A stretch of 63,975 bases of DNA, counting the filler, from Collodictyon triciliatum (Eukaryota): NCBI GenBank assembly GCA_043381765.1. It is 16 parts of 16 records of this genome, joined end to end, with 100 filler letters (N's around TTAATTAATTAA, not from the genome) between each part and the next. Parts side by side here need not be neighbours in the genome. Positions count along the whole stretch, not along the records: positions 12,028 to 15,935 come from JBHJMP010006728.1; positions 16,036 to 19,953 come from JBHJMP010006729.1; positions 20,054 to 23,961 come from JBHJMP010006730.1; positions 24,062 to 27,966 come from JBHJMP010006731.1; 12 more parts are not named here. The stretch is one strand, 5' to 3'. Positions 12,139-27,767 of this stretch are shown one piece after another (position 1 is the stretch's first letter; each line of letters starts with the position of its first letter). The position numbers were made by a program, and so were the translations under genes. The notes beneath the pieces are model-generated. The model was given only the letters and a program-made list of their open reading frames with translations, did not search any database and was not told the DNA's origin.

Positions 12139-14061
12139 CTACACCCCGTTTCTCAACCAGCAAGTCTGGGACGATCCTGCCGAGTCGATCTTTTGCGAGA
12201 CGTTTATTGCCTCCTCCGAAGATGACAACTCTGCCCAGAACACAAACTACAGCCCGTAAGTTCGCATCCAGCCAACTCCACACAGGCGTCCGTCTTTCTT
12301 GCACTTCCGCACACAGTAAAAGCCGTCTCAGTATGTAATCCCCTTCCACAATCAACAGAAACCAAAGCTTGTCTGATTCAAACAGCCCGGCATTTGTGCA
12401 GAGCGACTCATCTTCCCCCGTCGCTTTGTCTACGCACATCAACCCCAATTCGCTTCTGCTCCAGACACAGCACCACACCCAAAACACCTTCGACTACGCA
12501 GAGCAGCAAAGCGTCCACACACAATCCTTCTATTCTCCTCTGGGCAACACATCACCCTCGCTGGGCTTGACCTGTCATCAAACTCCTCAGCACATCACCC
12601 CGCCTACACATTCCCTCTTCTGTCTGCCTTCAGGTGGACTCTCAGCGCCCAAGCCCGAAACTCCTTCGCAAAGCTCGCCCTTCGGATCGGCAGCGCCATA
12701 TGTCTCACACAGCAGGACCCCCAGCTCAGGCATCGACAAGAAGGAGGATAGGTACTTATGTCCGTCAAAACGATCCATCCCCCAATCGCTGATATCCCTA
12801 ACAAGTCTGGTGTTTGCACACACGAATACACTTGCACTTAAAACTCTTGATTTCTTGTAAACTCACCAAATCAATCAAATGCAGGAAAATGCGCAATCGC
12901 CTAAGTGCGCAAAAGTCCCGACAAAAGAAGGAAGACGCACTCCTGGAATGCAAAATCAAGGTCGAATATCTAGAGCGATGCAACGCAAACCTCCAGAAAG
13001 AAAACGACCAACTCCGAGCAGAAAACATGTACCTAAAAGAGGAGCTGCGTTCCGTGCGTGGAGGATTTGCGAAGGTAGACTCATTAAGACAAGGAGGCGT
13101 TGTATTCGAGACGCAGCCTCAGAGCCATGCAATGCCGCCAGCCGTTCCAAACCACAGCACCCAAGAGACACTGCCCACCAGCGCCTCCATGGCCCCCAGA
13201 ATGCCAAGCTACAGCATCGCTTCACTCATGATGGGGCTGAACCGCGGGGCGCTCTTGATGATTGTGCTGTCTGTGGGCGTGATGGTGACGCTGGTGACTA
13301 GTCCGTACGGCCCCACAGTGGACCCATCTCAGATGGCCGGGCTGAATCTGGACAGGAATTTACATGGGTATGTGTTCTTTGAAACAGAGTAACATCTATG
13401 CATCTGTAGAGTGCGACTTTATTTGTATACATATCTGTTTCAAGATGACCCTTGTATGCATCTACAGAATACATGCCATGCTATCAAGCCAAAAATTGTT
13501 GCTAACGCAATTGATCACCCGCACCCGTTCAGATTCCGTTCTCGGCAAATATTGACCATCGACAAAAGCGCCATCCCTGCATACATGTTTGTCGACGCCT
13601 CTCCTCCTTTTGCAATTTTCATTCGAGAGGTCACATCATGGCTCTCGTGTTCGTGCCTATCGTGATAATAGACTCTGACCTGAAACACTTCCTCCCAATA
13701 CAGAGATGGAGTGAGACTGCCGGGGCCGAGCGCAGAAGGACAGCCATCCGACCTCAGCTGCGAAGCGCCCGTGTCAGCCGAAGGGAGTGTGGATGAGTTT
13801 CCGGCTGCGCCAATAGACGAAACCAACCAGAACAGCCGCCCGCAGGATGCTCTGCACGACAGTCTCGGGCTGAGACAGAAGAACGCGTGGGTCAAGGAAG
13901 ATGATGCTGGTGAGGATGCAGATGTGGAGGATAACGCGGATATCGATGATGGTGTAAATGTGATTGGTGACGGGCCAGAAACCGCGCAGCATGAGGTTAT
14001 TCGGCATAAGCAGAATCTCTACAACCACCGCAGAATATCTCTTCATGCGAGTGACGACTGA
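12139..14061 (+). CDS. Membrane-anchored bZIP transcription factor (ATF6/CREB3/bZIP28-like layout); 5' end and distal exons uncertain
   Basis: DR|KMRNRLSAQKSRQKK basic region plus leucine zipper, then hydrophobic GALLMIVLSVGVMVTLVT segment; introns 12256-12358 and 12752-12884 are phase-consistent. Confidence 0.85.
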
Positions 14062-15378
14062 TATCCTGCTGCGAGCGCTGACAATCGGATGAGAATCTCG
14101 CGTGTGTGTCCAGCGAAGTCCACGGAAGAGCCCGCCGGCCTGCTTCTCTGGCGTGTGATTATAAACGAGCTGAACCGAAAAGCTAAAGGAAATGTGCGCG
14201 AAAAAATAAACAATTTATTTTCCGGAATTAGACTATTTATTTGTATCCTTCTCTTCACATCGCCAATTAAATCCATCAGCCACAACAGGCTCGGATTAAA
14301 AAGTCAGACCTACAAACCCGCGGCAAGCAGGACGGCTGATCTGGTTGGGGCTGGGATGAAGGCTGAGGCCGCATTCGCGCAGTCTGCAGGGTTACTTGGT
14401 CTTGGTCTAGGAGCGGGAGATGAGCGCTTGGCTAGCGAAAGAAAAAAAAAAGGAAGAAAGATATAATCATCAGCCGTTTTAAATCCTGGTTCGCAAAATC
14501 AGTATTCCTCTGACTCACTTGCAGGTTTATCACGGCACATTCATTTCTTCGCACGTGTCATCTTAATACTCATTTTTGTTTGCTGTTTAGAACTGTTTTG
14601 TTTTTCAATCATTACATTTTCTCATTTTACGGGAGGGCATAATCGACTGTAAATGTTCCTGCGAAATTGTCTTTTCGAAGGGCGAAATGATTAAATCAGT
14701 CTGCCTTTGGACAGGGTTGCTACTGACAGTAATGTATGTTGGACTTTGTGACGATTCATGTCTATTGTGTCACCCATATATAGGGGCATCATCGAGCGAT
14801 ATCTGCTTATTCCTTGGTCGAAGTAAACACACAACTTTTCACCGCNNNNNNNNNNNNNNNNNNNNNNNNNNNNNNNNNNNNNNNNNNNNNNNNNNNNNNN
14901 NNNNNNNNNNNNNNNNNNNNNNNNNNNNNNNNNNNNNNNNNNNNNNNNNNNNNNNNNNNNNNNNNNNNNNNNNNNNNNNNNNNNNNNNNNNNNNNNNNNN
15001 NNNNNNNNNNNNNNNNNNNNNNNNNNNNNNNNNNNNNNNNNNNNNNNNNNNNNNNNNNNNNNNNNNNNNNNNNNNNNNNNNNNNNNNNNNNNNNNNNNNN
15101 NNNNNNNNNNNNNNNNNNNNNNNNNNNNNNNNNNNNNNNNNNNNNNNNNNNNNNNNNNNNNNNNNNNNNNNNNNNNNNNNNNNNNNNNNNNNNNNNNNNN
15201 NNNNNNNNNNNNNNNNNNNNNNNNNNNNNNNNNNNNNNNNNNNNNNNNNNNNNNNNNNNNNNNNNNNNNNNNNNNNNNNNNNNNNNNNNNNNNNNNNNNN
15301 NNNNNNNNNNNNNNNNNNNNNNNNNNNNNNNNNNNNNNNNNNNNNNNNNNNNNNNNNNNNNNNNNNNNNNNNNNNNNN

Positions 15379-15935
15379 TCCAGATGGGTGGGAAAACAAC
15401 CAGGATAATCACCTGCTACATGTCACTTCATATGGCTGGCCTCCGAACAAGAATGGGAGAGTTCGAGCAACTCACTAAGGAGCTTGACACCCCTCATACA
15501 ATCATATGTGGAGACTTAAACGCAGTCCTTGACCCAGAGCTAGAATGGATAGGCGTGTCCACAAGACAAGACAAGCCATTCATCAACTGGGTCAATCAAC
15601 ATAATCTACATGACACATGGACTACTCTCTACCCGAATCTGCTTGGAGCTACGTACAGGCGTCAAACAAGAAGCGGCCCGACGTGGAGCAGAATTGACTG
15701 GTTCCTGTGCAATACCGAGACGCCGCTCTGGTTCAAATGAATGCACACATTCGATAAGAACCTATCGGACCACAGTGCTATAGTGTCGTTCCTAGACACA
15801 GCTGGAGGAAAACCAGCATCTCCGAAGCGTTTCGATTGGAGAGCATACAACGACCCGGAAGCTGTAGAAGAAATCAGTCACAGTCTGAGGTCTCACTTCA
15901 ACACGCCAGAGGATGAACCGATAGACGCCGACTGG
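15379..15935 (+). mobile_element. Degenerate non-LTR retrotransposon (L1/Tx1-like) APE endonuclease fragment
   Basis: IICGDLN, HNLHDTW, SRIDWFL and SDHSAI motifs; in-frame TGA at 15738-15740. Confidence 0.9.
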
Positions 15936-16035
15936 NNNNNNNNNNNNNNNNNNNNNNNNNNNNNNNNNNNNNNNNNNNNTTAATTAATTAANNNNNNNNN
16001 NNNNNNNNNNNNNNNNNNNNNNNNNNNNNNNNNNN

Positions 16036-16153
16036 TGTATGTATGTATGTATGTATGTATGTATGTATGTATGTATGTATGTATGTATGTATGTATGTAT
16101 GTATGTATGTATGTATGTATGTATGTATGTATGTATGTATGTATGTATATATG

Positions 16154-16187
<34 letters not shown>

Positions 16188-16224
16188 TGTATGTATGTAT
16201 GTATGTATGTATGTATGTATGTAT
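16036..16224. repeat. (TGTA)n microsatellite; representative of many others, e.g. (TTA)n, (GT)n, (CAAA)n, (TCTA)n, (GAGT)n, often at scaffold ends
   Basis: Direct inspection. Confidence 0.97.
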
Positions 16225-16603
16225 GGCTATGTTGCGAGAAGCCCTTTCATCTTAATACTCTGGTTGCACCCACACAATTTGTCGAGATTCAAATATGGTT
16301 CCAGGGGTATTACCTGAACCACACATCACGGCCGATAGCCGGTGGACACTCTGAACGTACGGCAATAATTTTTTCTTTTTGTGTGGTTGCCATTTCTCTT
16401 TGCCTCGTGCACTATCTTGTCCTCCAAAGTATGTGAGCTGGCAAACACTTCTTATGTACATAAAGCAAAAACTATATAACAAAACAAAAAACAAAAAACG
16501 AAAAAAAACATAAACAAACAGCAGTCCAGAATCGAAGATGTATTCGTGAGGCTAACTTCTTCCACTTACGAATCGACTCTTGTTGACCTAAGCCGGCCCA
16601 GAG

Positions 16604-19485
<2,882 letters not shown>

Positions 19486-20445
19486 CGCTTGCGACGGCCG
19501 AATAATAAAATGAAATAAAAGTTTACAAAGAGATAGAAAGAGAGTAACAAGCGATGGAAGTTGTTCGGGGCTTCTGTGCTCTGCTGGCTTCTACTATTCT
19601 GACTGTTGTGTTTGTGAATATGTGCTTCTTTGGTTATCTCCTCTTTTTTTTTTCTCGCCCCTGCGATCGCCGTACAGATGTCCAATACAGTGGCACAACA
19701 AGTGAGGCGGTTGAAAGGAGAATCATTTTTCAGTCCAGGCACGAAAACTCGAGTGATAAAATTGGTCGTTTTTTTTTTTTAGAGATAAATTTTTTATATC
19801 AGTCTATATCTCTTTCAGCAGGTGACATAGATGCGCATGATATACTCAACGAGGACAAGACATTCCGTGATTGGTTCAGTTTCCTTTGTTCTTGCTTTTG
19901 AATAAAAAGAGACACTACGTTTATGCGTGCTTGCCTCCGTTTTGCATGACCTGNNNNNNNNNNNNNNNNNNNNNNNNNNNNNNNNNNNNNNNNNNNNTTA
20001 ATTAATTAANNNNNNNNNNNNNNNNNNNNNNNNNNNNNNNNNNNNNNNNNNNNTTTTTTTTTTTTTTGTATTGTTTTTTTTTTTTTTTTTTTTTTTTGGT
20101 ATTGAATGCCACCTGGTTCATCTCATAAAACCAAAGTCTTATCAGAGCTTCTGTGGTGATACTGGTCAATACTGTTTGCAAAACCCTCTTCCCCTTAAAG
20201 CAATAATTATTTGCATGGGCTAATTTTGAATTTTTTTTTTTTTTTTGAAAAACAATTGTTCATGGCCATAAAAAAAATGAATCCATAGTCCAAATAGATG
20301 AACAAAAAAAAATCTCGATAAGAATAATATTGTTGGTTGTTCCTTCGAACGATAGATATACTTATAAGAAAACATGATTTCTTTCTTTATTTTCGCTTCA
20401 GTCATTGCTCATATCCTATTTTTGGTTTATTTAAGGTTCAAAGAG

Positions 20446-22310
20446 TCACTTTTGGAAAAAGTATAGGGGGCGGCTGAATCCTTCGCTAGTCTCACTTTTT
20501 GTTTGCACAATCCTTGCAGGTTGAAAACCGATATCTTGTTGGAGATACTCTCCAAACATATCTGGCTTCAGCTTGATTTCCTTCATCGTTTTCTTCATAT
20601 TCTATTGACAGAGACAGAGTCGGTGAAAATAAAGCCGTAAATCCAGTGTATTTTCTCCTAGGGGGTTCCCTGTTTCCTTTGTTGAGAGATGCGGAAAAGT
20701 GTCATTTCTGATTTCAAACTTACTGGAGTCATGTTCCCTTTCTTTTCGTAAGACTTCCACAGCTGGGGTTCCAGTACTAGAACTCCTCCTTTGTTTAGCG
20801 AGGCGTACATTTTTCGAAACAATCGCTTAAGTCCAATATCTCCCCAATTAAGATGTACCCATTTTGTTAGACTTAAACTATACATGAAAATATCAAATAA
20901 TTAGCGATAGATTAAAAGAAAAAATAAAAGAGTCATTAAAGTGGGTGAGGAAACAATCATTTAATACTGTTATAAGAATATAAACGAAAATCTTAATTTT
21001 AATGGAAAAATAAGAGAAAAAAAGGGAGTTAAGGGCGCGGGTGACATCTTAATTAAGAGCGTCCAATATTTACCAGAGAATGACATCGAATTTCTGGTCT
21101 GGTTCTTCCACTTCAACAAAATTCCCGTGTCGGAATAACACGTTGTGTGGAAACCGACTGAACTTTGATGATAACGGTTCAGATGAGGCACCCGAAGCTC
21201 CATCGCATGCAACATTAGATGGCGTAGAGCCAACCATGGGAACGGATTTTATCAAGGAAAACTTTTCCAACACCTCTCTTGGAATCGGACCAAATGTCAA
21301 GGCGAAGGAGATAGGAAACTCATCATACGACTTTGCCAAGTCAGAGACTTTCAGTGTCTGCAAGAAGCGTCGCGCCCGAGCGATCAGCTTATCGTCAATG
21401 TCCAACCCAAGCATCGATTTGCATCTGAATTTGTGGGCTGCATTTTTTTAATGGATGTATATTCAGTTGCTAATACTATATGGTAACTATGTTGATTGAT
21501 ACAGTAGTGGCGGTGATTCGAAGTATAAATATGAAATATATATAAAAAGAAACAAAAACATACAAAGTAATATAAAATCTTTGAATCGAATAAAGGAAAA
21601 AATAAACTAATATAAAATAAGTGCCTTTTTTCTTTCCCTTAATTTAGTAATAAGTTTAAAAGAAAATATTTTAGCATATTGGAAGGTAGTAGCTAAAAGA
21701 GTGAATTTGTATATTCATCTTGTCATCACCAATTGCCAAAGTAAGGCGACCATCATTGCAGCCTATGTCTAACACATCTTTTCCTTCCAACATACTCGAA
21801 TCAAGATACTATATCACATGCAGTTTAAATGCAACCAATCAGTTGGGTGGAATAGAAATAACATTTGGCACAAATATCTGTATGTCTGTTCTTTTCATCC
21901 CTTCATTACGGGGAACGAATGGCACAATAAGCATGACAACAGACCTGAAGGCGAGGGTCTTCAGAGTCTGGCTTGTTTCTATAGTTGTAATAGCCGGGAT
22001 AGTTTCCGTACTGATATAAAGGTTTCTTGTGCGGCTTTTGAGGGTCCTGGACTGAACCGTCTTCTTGACGATCGACCATGGAGGCGTCCAACTGGAGGGA
22101 CAGATTTCCTCTCCGCCCTTTCTGCTTCATTCTTTTAAAGTCTCGGGTTGGTCGCGAACCTCTGTGATCCTGAAAGTCCCTGTGAAGTGGCTTCGCACTC
22201 GCACCCAGGGATCGTTCTGCCTTGGCTTCCTCCTTCTGTTGTGTGGATTCGTCACAGGCGTCAGAGTCGCGCTTCCTTTTTGTGACTGGAGCCCCATCAG
22301 ACGCGTCCAT
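20446..22310 (-). CDS. MEPCE: Bin3/MePCE-type RNA methylphosphate capping methyltransferase
   Basis: YQYGNYPGYYNYR...DPRL, VLDIGCNDG, LGLDIDDKLI, LSLTKWVHLNWGD.GL, LVLEPQ.WKSY, GFSRPLYLFQK*. Confidence 0.93.
21579..21603 (+). mobile_element. Ultra-short retroposon family B copy, intronic in MePCE
   Basis: Exact 18-mer plus A-tail; TSD AAA(G/C)TAATATAAAAT at 21564-21578 and 21604-21618 (14/15 match). Confidence 0.82.
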
Positions 22311-23769
22311 GTTCTTGCTTTTTTGATTGTATGTGTGTAAGTTTATTGCGATGATGTTCTTTTTTTTTTTTTTGGCCTGTTTTTCTTACATTCTGTCTTG
22401 ATTCTGTTGTTGAGCGAGCAAGTTTCACAAAGCCAACAAACCGAGGCCAAAGCCCGAAATTATGTACCATATATAATATGTGGTATATAATACAACGTAC
22501 TAAAATTTGCAAACTATATTTCTTTTGTGCCTTTTTTGTCTTTCTTCAATGAAAGCTACAAATAACGAGCGCGAGCTATTGTCGCTAGATGAACATATTT
22601 TTTTTCTTGTTTTTTCATTGCAAATGAAGGTATACGCACAGCGGAAACAAAACACTCTTTGCGACTGCTCTGCCCCATCTTTTATCTTCGTGCGGACGCG
22701 TTGGACAATGGGCTTGGCAAGATGTCTTTTGTTGTGCGACTCTGGTGGGTGCAAGGTGCTTCGGCCCTAGTGGCAAGTGGGCGGCCGTTTGACAGACTAT
22801 TCCAAACATGGACTAGGACATTAACGAGCGGCCGATGTTGAGAATCGCTTTTTTACGCCAAATGAAGAAGCGAATGTTCTAGAAGACCGGCCAAATCCAT
22901 TCGGAGCGAGGCTCAGCCCGAATGAGATATAGACATTCTCCTATTTGCGGATGAATTTAAATGAATTTTTTCTCGGATGGGTTATATTTCCATCGAAAAG
23001 CTCAAATATTTTCTATATGTGGACAGAAACAGGGGAAAGAGTGACAGGAAAAAATACAATTGGAATGAACCATATTTCTCGCAATCTCTTAGACCGAAGA
23101 AGCCTTGGCTGCGCATTGTCTGTGACAAACTGATTTTTGTTCGCAGGGAGATCAGTCGCAACAAGCAACCAGAACATTGTAAAACATTGGAAAAAAGTAA
23201 AAGAAAAATTATGAAAGAATCCGAGGGAATCCATTCAGTTTTTGTATGTCGGAGCCACAAGGAGCTTAAATAGCTACAGATTCTCCCAACAACTTTCAGA
23301 CAAACAGATGACGATTTCATCAAAGTGCTCCCGCGGGACAATCAGAACCTAGACGGAGAGCATTTAAATAAGAGTCTGTGTTCGTGGGTTTTTTTTCTTA
23401 ACCACGACATGCCAGGATTCCCAATTGTGCCACACTTTGATTCAACTTGGTACTATGATACAGCCAGTCTCCTGGGCCAACTTTCCTCGCGTTATATGAA
23501 AGTCTCGTCCGCAAAAACAAAGAGCTTAAGCCCGCGCAAAACATAAAATAGTCAAAAGTGAATCAACAGTATCAAACCAAGGGGGGCATGTTCAGGAGTT
23601 GCTGTGCAGCCGGCCATTCACTTTATTCCCTTTTATTTGCTACATTCAAAGCTTTGTTGCAGCACCAAAAATCGAGTGGAGTGAATAAAAGTCCCCCTCT
23701 TTTTTTTTTTTTAACAAGGCCACTTGTGTGTTTATAAAATACTACAGCTAAACGCATACACCCATTTAT

Positions 23770-23815
23770 TATGACATCATTTATATATTAATATTAATAT
23801 ATAAATGATGTCATA
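23770..23815. repeat. Perfect 46-bp palindrome containing copy 2 of the 42-bp element
   Basis: TATGACATCATTTATATATTAATATTAATATATAAATGATGTCATA equals its own reverse complement. Confidence 0.92.
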
Positions 23816-23828
23816 TTACTTACGACAG

Positions 23829-23947
23829 CCTAAAAAACCTGATAATGGATGGCTTCACCCTGGTGAATTACACTTTCCAGTCGCAGCGGTTCGAAGCCAC
23901 GCGTATTGGGGCAGACGGACAAATACTTCCTGACCGACAGAGGCCGC
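23829..23947 (+). CDS. Probable internal exon of an unidentified gene
   Basis: Flanked by ...ACGACAG and GTATGT; open frame LKNLIMDGFTLVNYTFQSQRFEATRIGADGQILPDRQRP. Confidence 0.45.
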
Positions 23948-24308
23948 GTATGTGGACAGCGNNNNNNNNNNNNNNNNNNNNNNNNNNNNNNNNNNNNNNN
24001 NNNNNTTAATTAATTAANNNNNNNNNNNNNNNNNNNNNNNNNNNNNNNNNNNNNNNNNNNNCAAACAAACAAACAAACAAACAAACAAACAAACAAACAA
24101 ACAAACAAACAAACAAACAAACAAACAAACAAACAAACAAGCAAACAAACAAACAAACAAGCAAACAAACAAACAAACAAGCAAACAAACAAACAAACAA
24201 ACAAACAAACAAACAAACAAACAAACAAACAAACAAACAAACAAAAACCCATGTTGCGCTAATACTTAAAAGTGGGGCTTGCCTTTAGTTTAATTACAAA
24301 GGCGGGTC

Positions 24309-26277
24309 ATGGGGAATCAACACCCTTCGCGGCGCAATCGAAGACAAGGAGGCGACTCATCTATGAGTTTAAATCCTGTCACTTTCAGAAGTTGGCGTCG
24401 ACCGAGTGTCTTTGCACAAGAACCAGATCAACTCGCACAGTACAAAAACTCTACTCGCCTCGACTTCGTCTGCAGTGGGCTTCATTCTCTCCCAGAGCAC
24501 ATAACCTCTTTTACAAATATGAAGGAACTTAATCTTGACCATAACCAGTTTTCAAAACTACCTGCTTTCTTCTCTCTCCTGACACATCTGTGCTGGTTAT
24601 CCATCTCCACAAATCACTTGTCGGTCGCCCCGGAGGAGATTTCATCCTTGATATTGCTGACCTCATTGCAACTAAACAACAATATGTTCTCTTGCTTACC
24701 CTCTGGGATTTCTTTACTGACAAACCTGAAGCAGCTATACCTTCACAGGAACAAACTAGTTAGTCTCCCAGAGCAAGCATCTCAGTTGATTTCCTTGAGA
24801 ACTTTGTTACTTGATTGTAATTGCTTCGCTTCCATACCCAACTGTGTTATGGATTTAACACAAATGGATGCTTTATCTGTCAATTATAATATACTGACAC
24901 ATTTACCAGCAACAATATCTAATTTGAGTCGATTGCATAGTCTGTCACTGAGTGGTAATTTGATATCTGAACTTCCTCAAGAGATGTCCACACTTACACG
25001 ACTACACACTTTGAACTTTGAGTATAATCAAATAGTTGATCTGCCATTGGAATTATCTTCTCTTCAATGCATCACCGAATGGAAACTTAAAAATAATAGA
25101 TTCTCTATACTTCCTGAGGCAATTATTTGCAATCCCCTCATCAGACAGATCGATGCACAAGACAACATGATTCAGCATATACCAACAGGAATCTCAAATT
25201 TGGGTCTTTTGTACGGCATAAAATTATTTAATAATCCGGTATGTGTCTTACTTTATACAAACATATTCTATACTATTACTCATTCCACGGACAGTTTAGA
25301 GTGTTACAAAAATGTCAAACCCTTAATATCTTCGCCATCACGCCCAGATTACGAAGCTTCCAGAGGAAATCACCTGGTTGAATTATCTGACTTACCTGGA
25401 GATATCTTTTATGGGACGTGTGTCAATAGAATGTATTCCTATTGGAATAAAGTCATCGCCATGCTGGGACCGAGGAGCTTACCAGATATCAGTATCACAG
25501 CTAAAAAAATTTGAGTTTTTTTACCACCCTTATCACCCCCAAGAGGGAATTATCAACATCGATGGTTTTATGGAAAAATGGAAGGGGTTTAAATCCCTTT
25601 ACTTGGTTGAAAATAAGGTTGTTTGATTGGTTTTCAATATTTAGTACCTTAACTATTTCTATTTCTCCCCTTTTTTTTTTCCCATTTTGAATCCACAGCG
25701 TTTTCATATTGTAGCGTCCTAAACTAGGTGTTCGCGATTGCATGAAACATCGGTAAATTAAATTCAATTACTTTTTTCTCACTCAGATATCGAGCATACC
25801 AGAGTCAATCACACTTTTAACAAATTTAGAAAACTTGAACCTGAGATCAAATCACGTATTTTTATTATTTTTTTTTTTGTTAAACCTTTAACATATATCT
25901 TTTTAAGCAAAACGAATGAAATCATATGCTTCGAATTTCTTTTTCTTTTTTTTTTTTAATGGTAGTTATGATACTAAATTTGAGACTGGCTCTCTTCTCT
26001 CGCATAAAAAAGCTCTCGAGTTTACCAATTCAATTGTTCAAAATGACTCAGCTAATAATGTTGGATATATCACTAAACCAAGTTTGTCAAATTAAGTTTT
26101 TTTTTTTTTTTTTTTATAATTCAACAATACGCTTTTTTTTCTTGCAAGTACATAAATCTTGGCAATTTTTAAACAAAATTTAAGAGTCTTGATCATTCTG
26201 GTTTTTATAATACGCGCACCTCTATTTTTTTTTTTTATTAGATTGTGAGCATAGCAGATTTTGAGTCGACAATTTAG
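24309..26277 (+). CDS. Leucine-rich repeat protein (23-aa LRRs), about 5 exons
   Basis: About 11 LxxLxLxxNxL repeats in exon 1 ending FNNP|GTATGT; further LRR exons near 25349, 25787, 26012, 26242. Confidence 0.88.
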
Positions 26278-26376
26278 TATAGGAAGCTATGAATAACTAT
26301 CGAAGGGGGTTGTCGTTAAATGGAGTGAAACATCGGCTTGCGACAATAAATAATGTCAATCAGTTTATTGAAGGAT

Positions 26377-26413
26377 TTTTTTCTCCTTTATTCGATTCAA
26401 AGTGTAGCGAGGT
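26377..26413 (-). mobile_element. Retroposon family B copy (37 bp) with perfect 15-bp TSD
   Basis: Minus strand reads ACCTCGCTACACTTTGAATCGAATAAAGGAG(A)n; AGTTTATTGAAGGAT at 26362-26376 and 26414-26428. Confidence 0.9.
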
Positions 26414-27636
26414 AGTTTATTGAAGGATAATACTTTTATACTGTAATATAACTATTTACTGTCGAAGCACAATAATATGCCACAAGTTACCAATTAACAG
26501 AGGCAGTGAAGTGCCCTTTCTGTTTACCTGCTTCTCATTACCTGCTCCATATATCCTTTAATTTCTGTACTTTCTCAGTTTGCAAACAACACTTTCTTGT
26601 GGTTTTTTAAAAGAAAAAATTCATAAAAAAATCCTATAATTTAGACAACATTCATATCATAAATCGGTCGCTGGCTAATGCGCGTCTGCAAGATAGAAAA
26701 TAGTCTTGTGATACTACTGATAATGAAATATAATCAGAAGGATATGCATGCCCTTTTTTTTTTCTTTTCATGAGCAGTATGTCCAGTATATTTTCACATG
26801 CGAAAAGCCCACCCAAAGGCGAACGCAGCATTTCATTTGACTTATTGCAGATAAATCAACACAGAGTCTATTGCATCAGATTGAGACACAACACCCTTTT
26901 GCGCCTTACAGGCATAAATGAGCTACTGCACTAGTAGTAATACCCATTCGATACTTTCTTTCTCTTTTTTCCTCTTCTTTCTCATCCGCCTCTGCCTTTC
27001 TGTTCTTCCTTTTTCTTCAATGAACAACCTTCAATCGGGAAAAAGGGCGGAGCTGAGCAAAAACAAGACGAAAAAAAAAAAAACCCCCCCCGCAAGCGAT
27101 AACAAAGTAGTATGAAGCCACTCACACAAGCTGTTTTTTTTTTTTTTTTTTTTTACTGACTGCTGTCACAGCCCCAACGCCACCAAGTAGTCTCGGGCTG
27201 AGTCCAAACTTTCTCTTTGCACATCAAACAAACAAGCACTTTGCCCGATGACGTTTCGTGCGGCGATTGACGTCACTATCTGATGTCACAACAAACAAGG
27301 ACACCCAGAAATCAGCCTCACTCCCACCACACGGAAGAAGCAAACAAGAGGAATACTTACTACCGAGGCCACCAAACGACGAACAATACGCGCAACTGAG
27401 TCGGAGACGAAGCACGGACACACGCTCTGGTTATGCTTGCGAGCGTCGCTACAAAACCAAAGACGGGCCTCCTCAGAACAAGGCCTCTCAGTGTCAACCC
27501 ATGCTTCCTCCCACGTTATCCCTGCCGTATTATAAAGTCGACTAGCGTCGTTATACTCGGCAATCTTTTTGTGCTGTTATGACTCACCAACACATGAGTT
27601 GCTGACCGCAATCACAATAGTTCTTTTGGAACACGC

Positions 27637-27767
27637 ATGGCGTTGAAAGGAGTCCGCGTCCTTGAGTTGGCTGGCTTAGCACCAGTGCCCTTCTGTGGGA
27701 TGGTTCTCGCAGACTTCGGAGCCGATGTGGTCCGCGTGGACAGAGTTGGAGCGGCTGATCTTGACGG
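27637..27767 (+). CDS. AMACR: Alpha-methylacyl-CoA racemase / CoA-transferase III, first exon only
   Basis: [36 protein letters not shown] followed by a GT donor. Confidence 0.9.

Noticed and set aside
13040-13260. IRE1-type unconventional intron between the bZIP and the TM segment
   Set aside because: I could not find a pair of CNG-CNG loop hairpins by eye.
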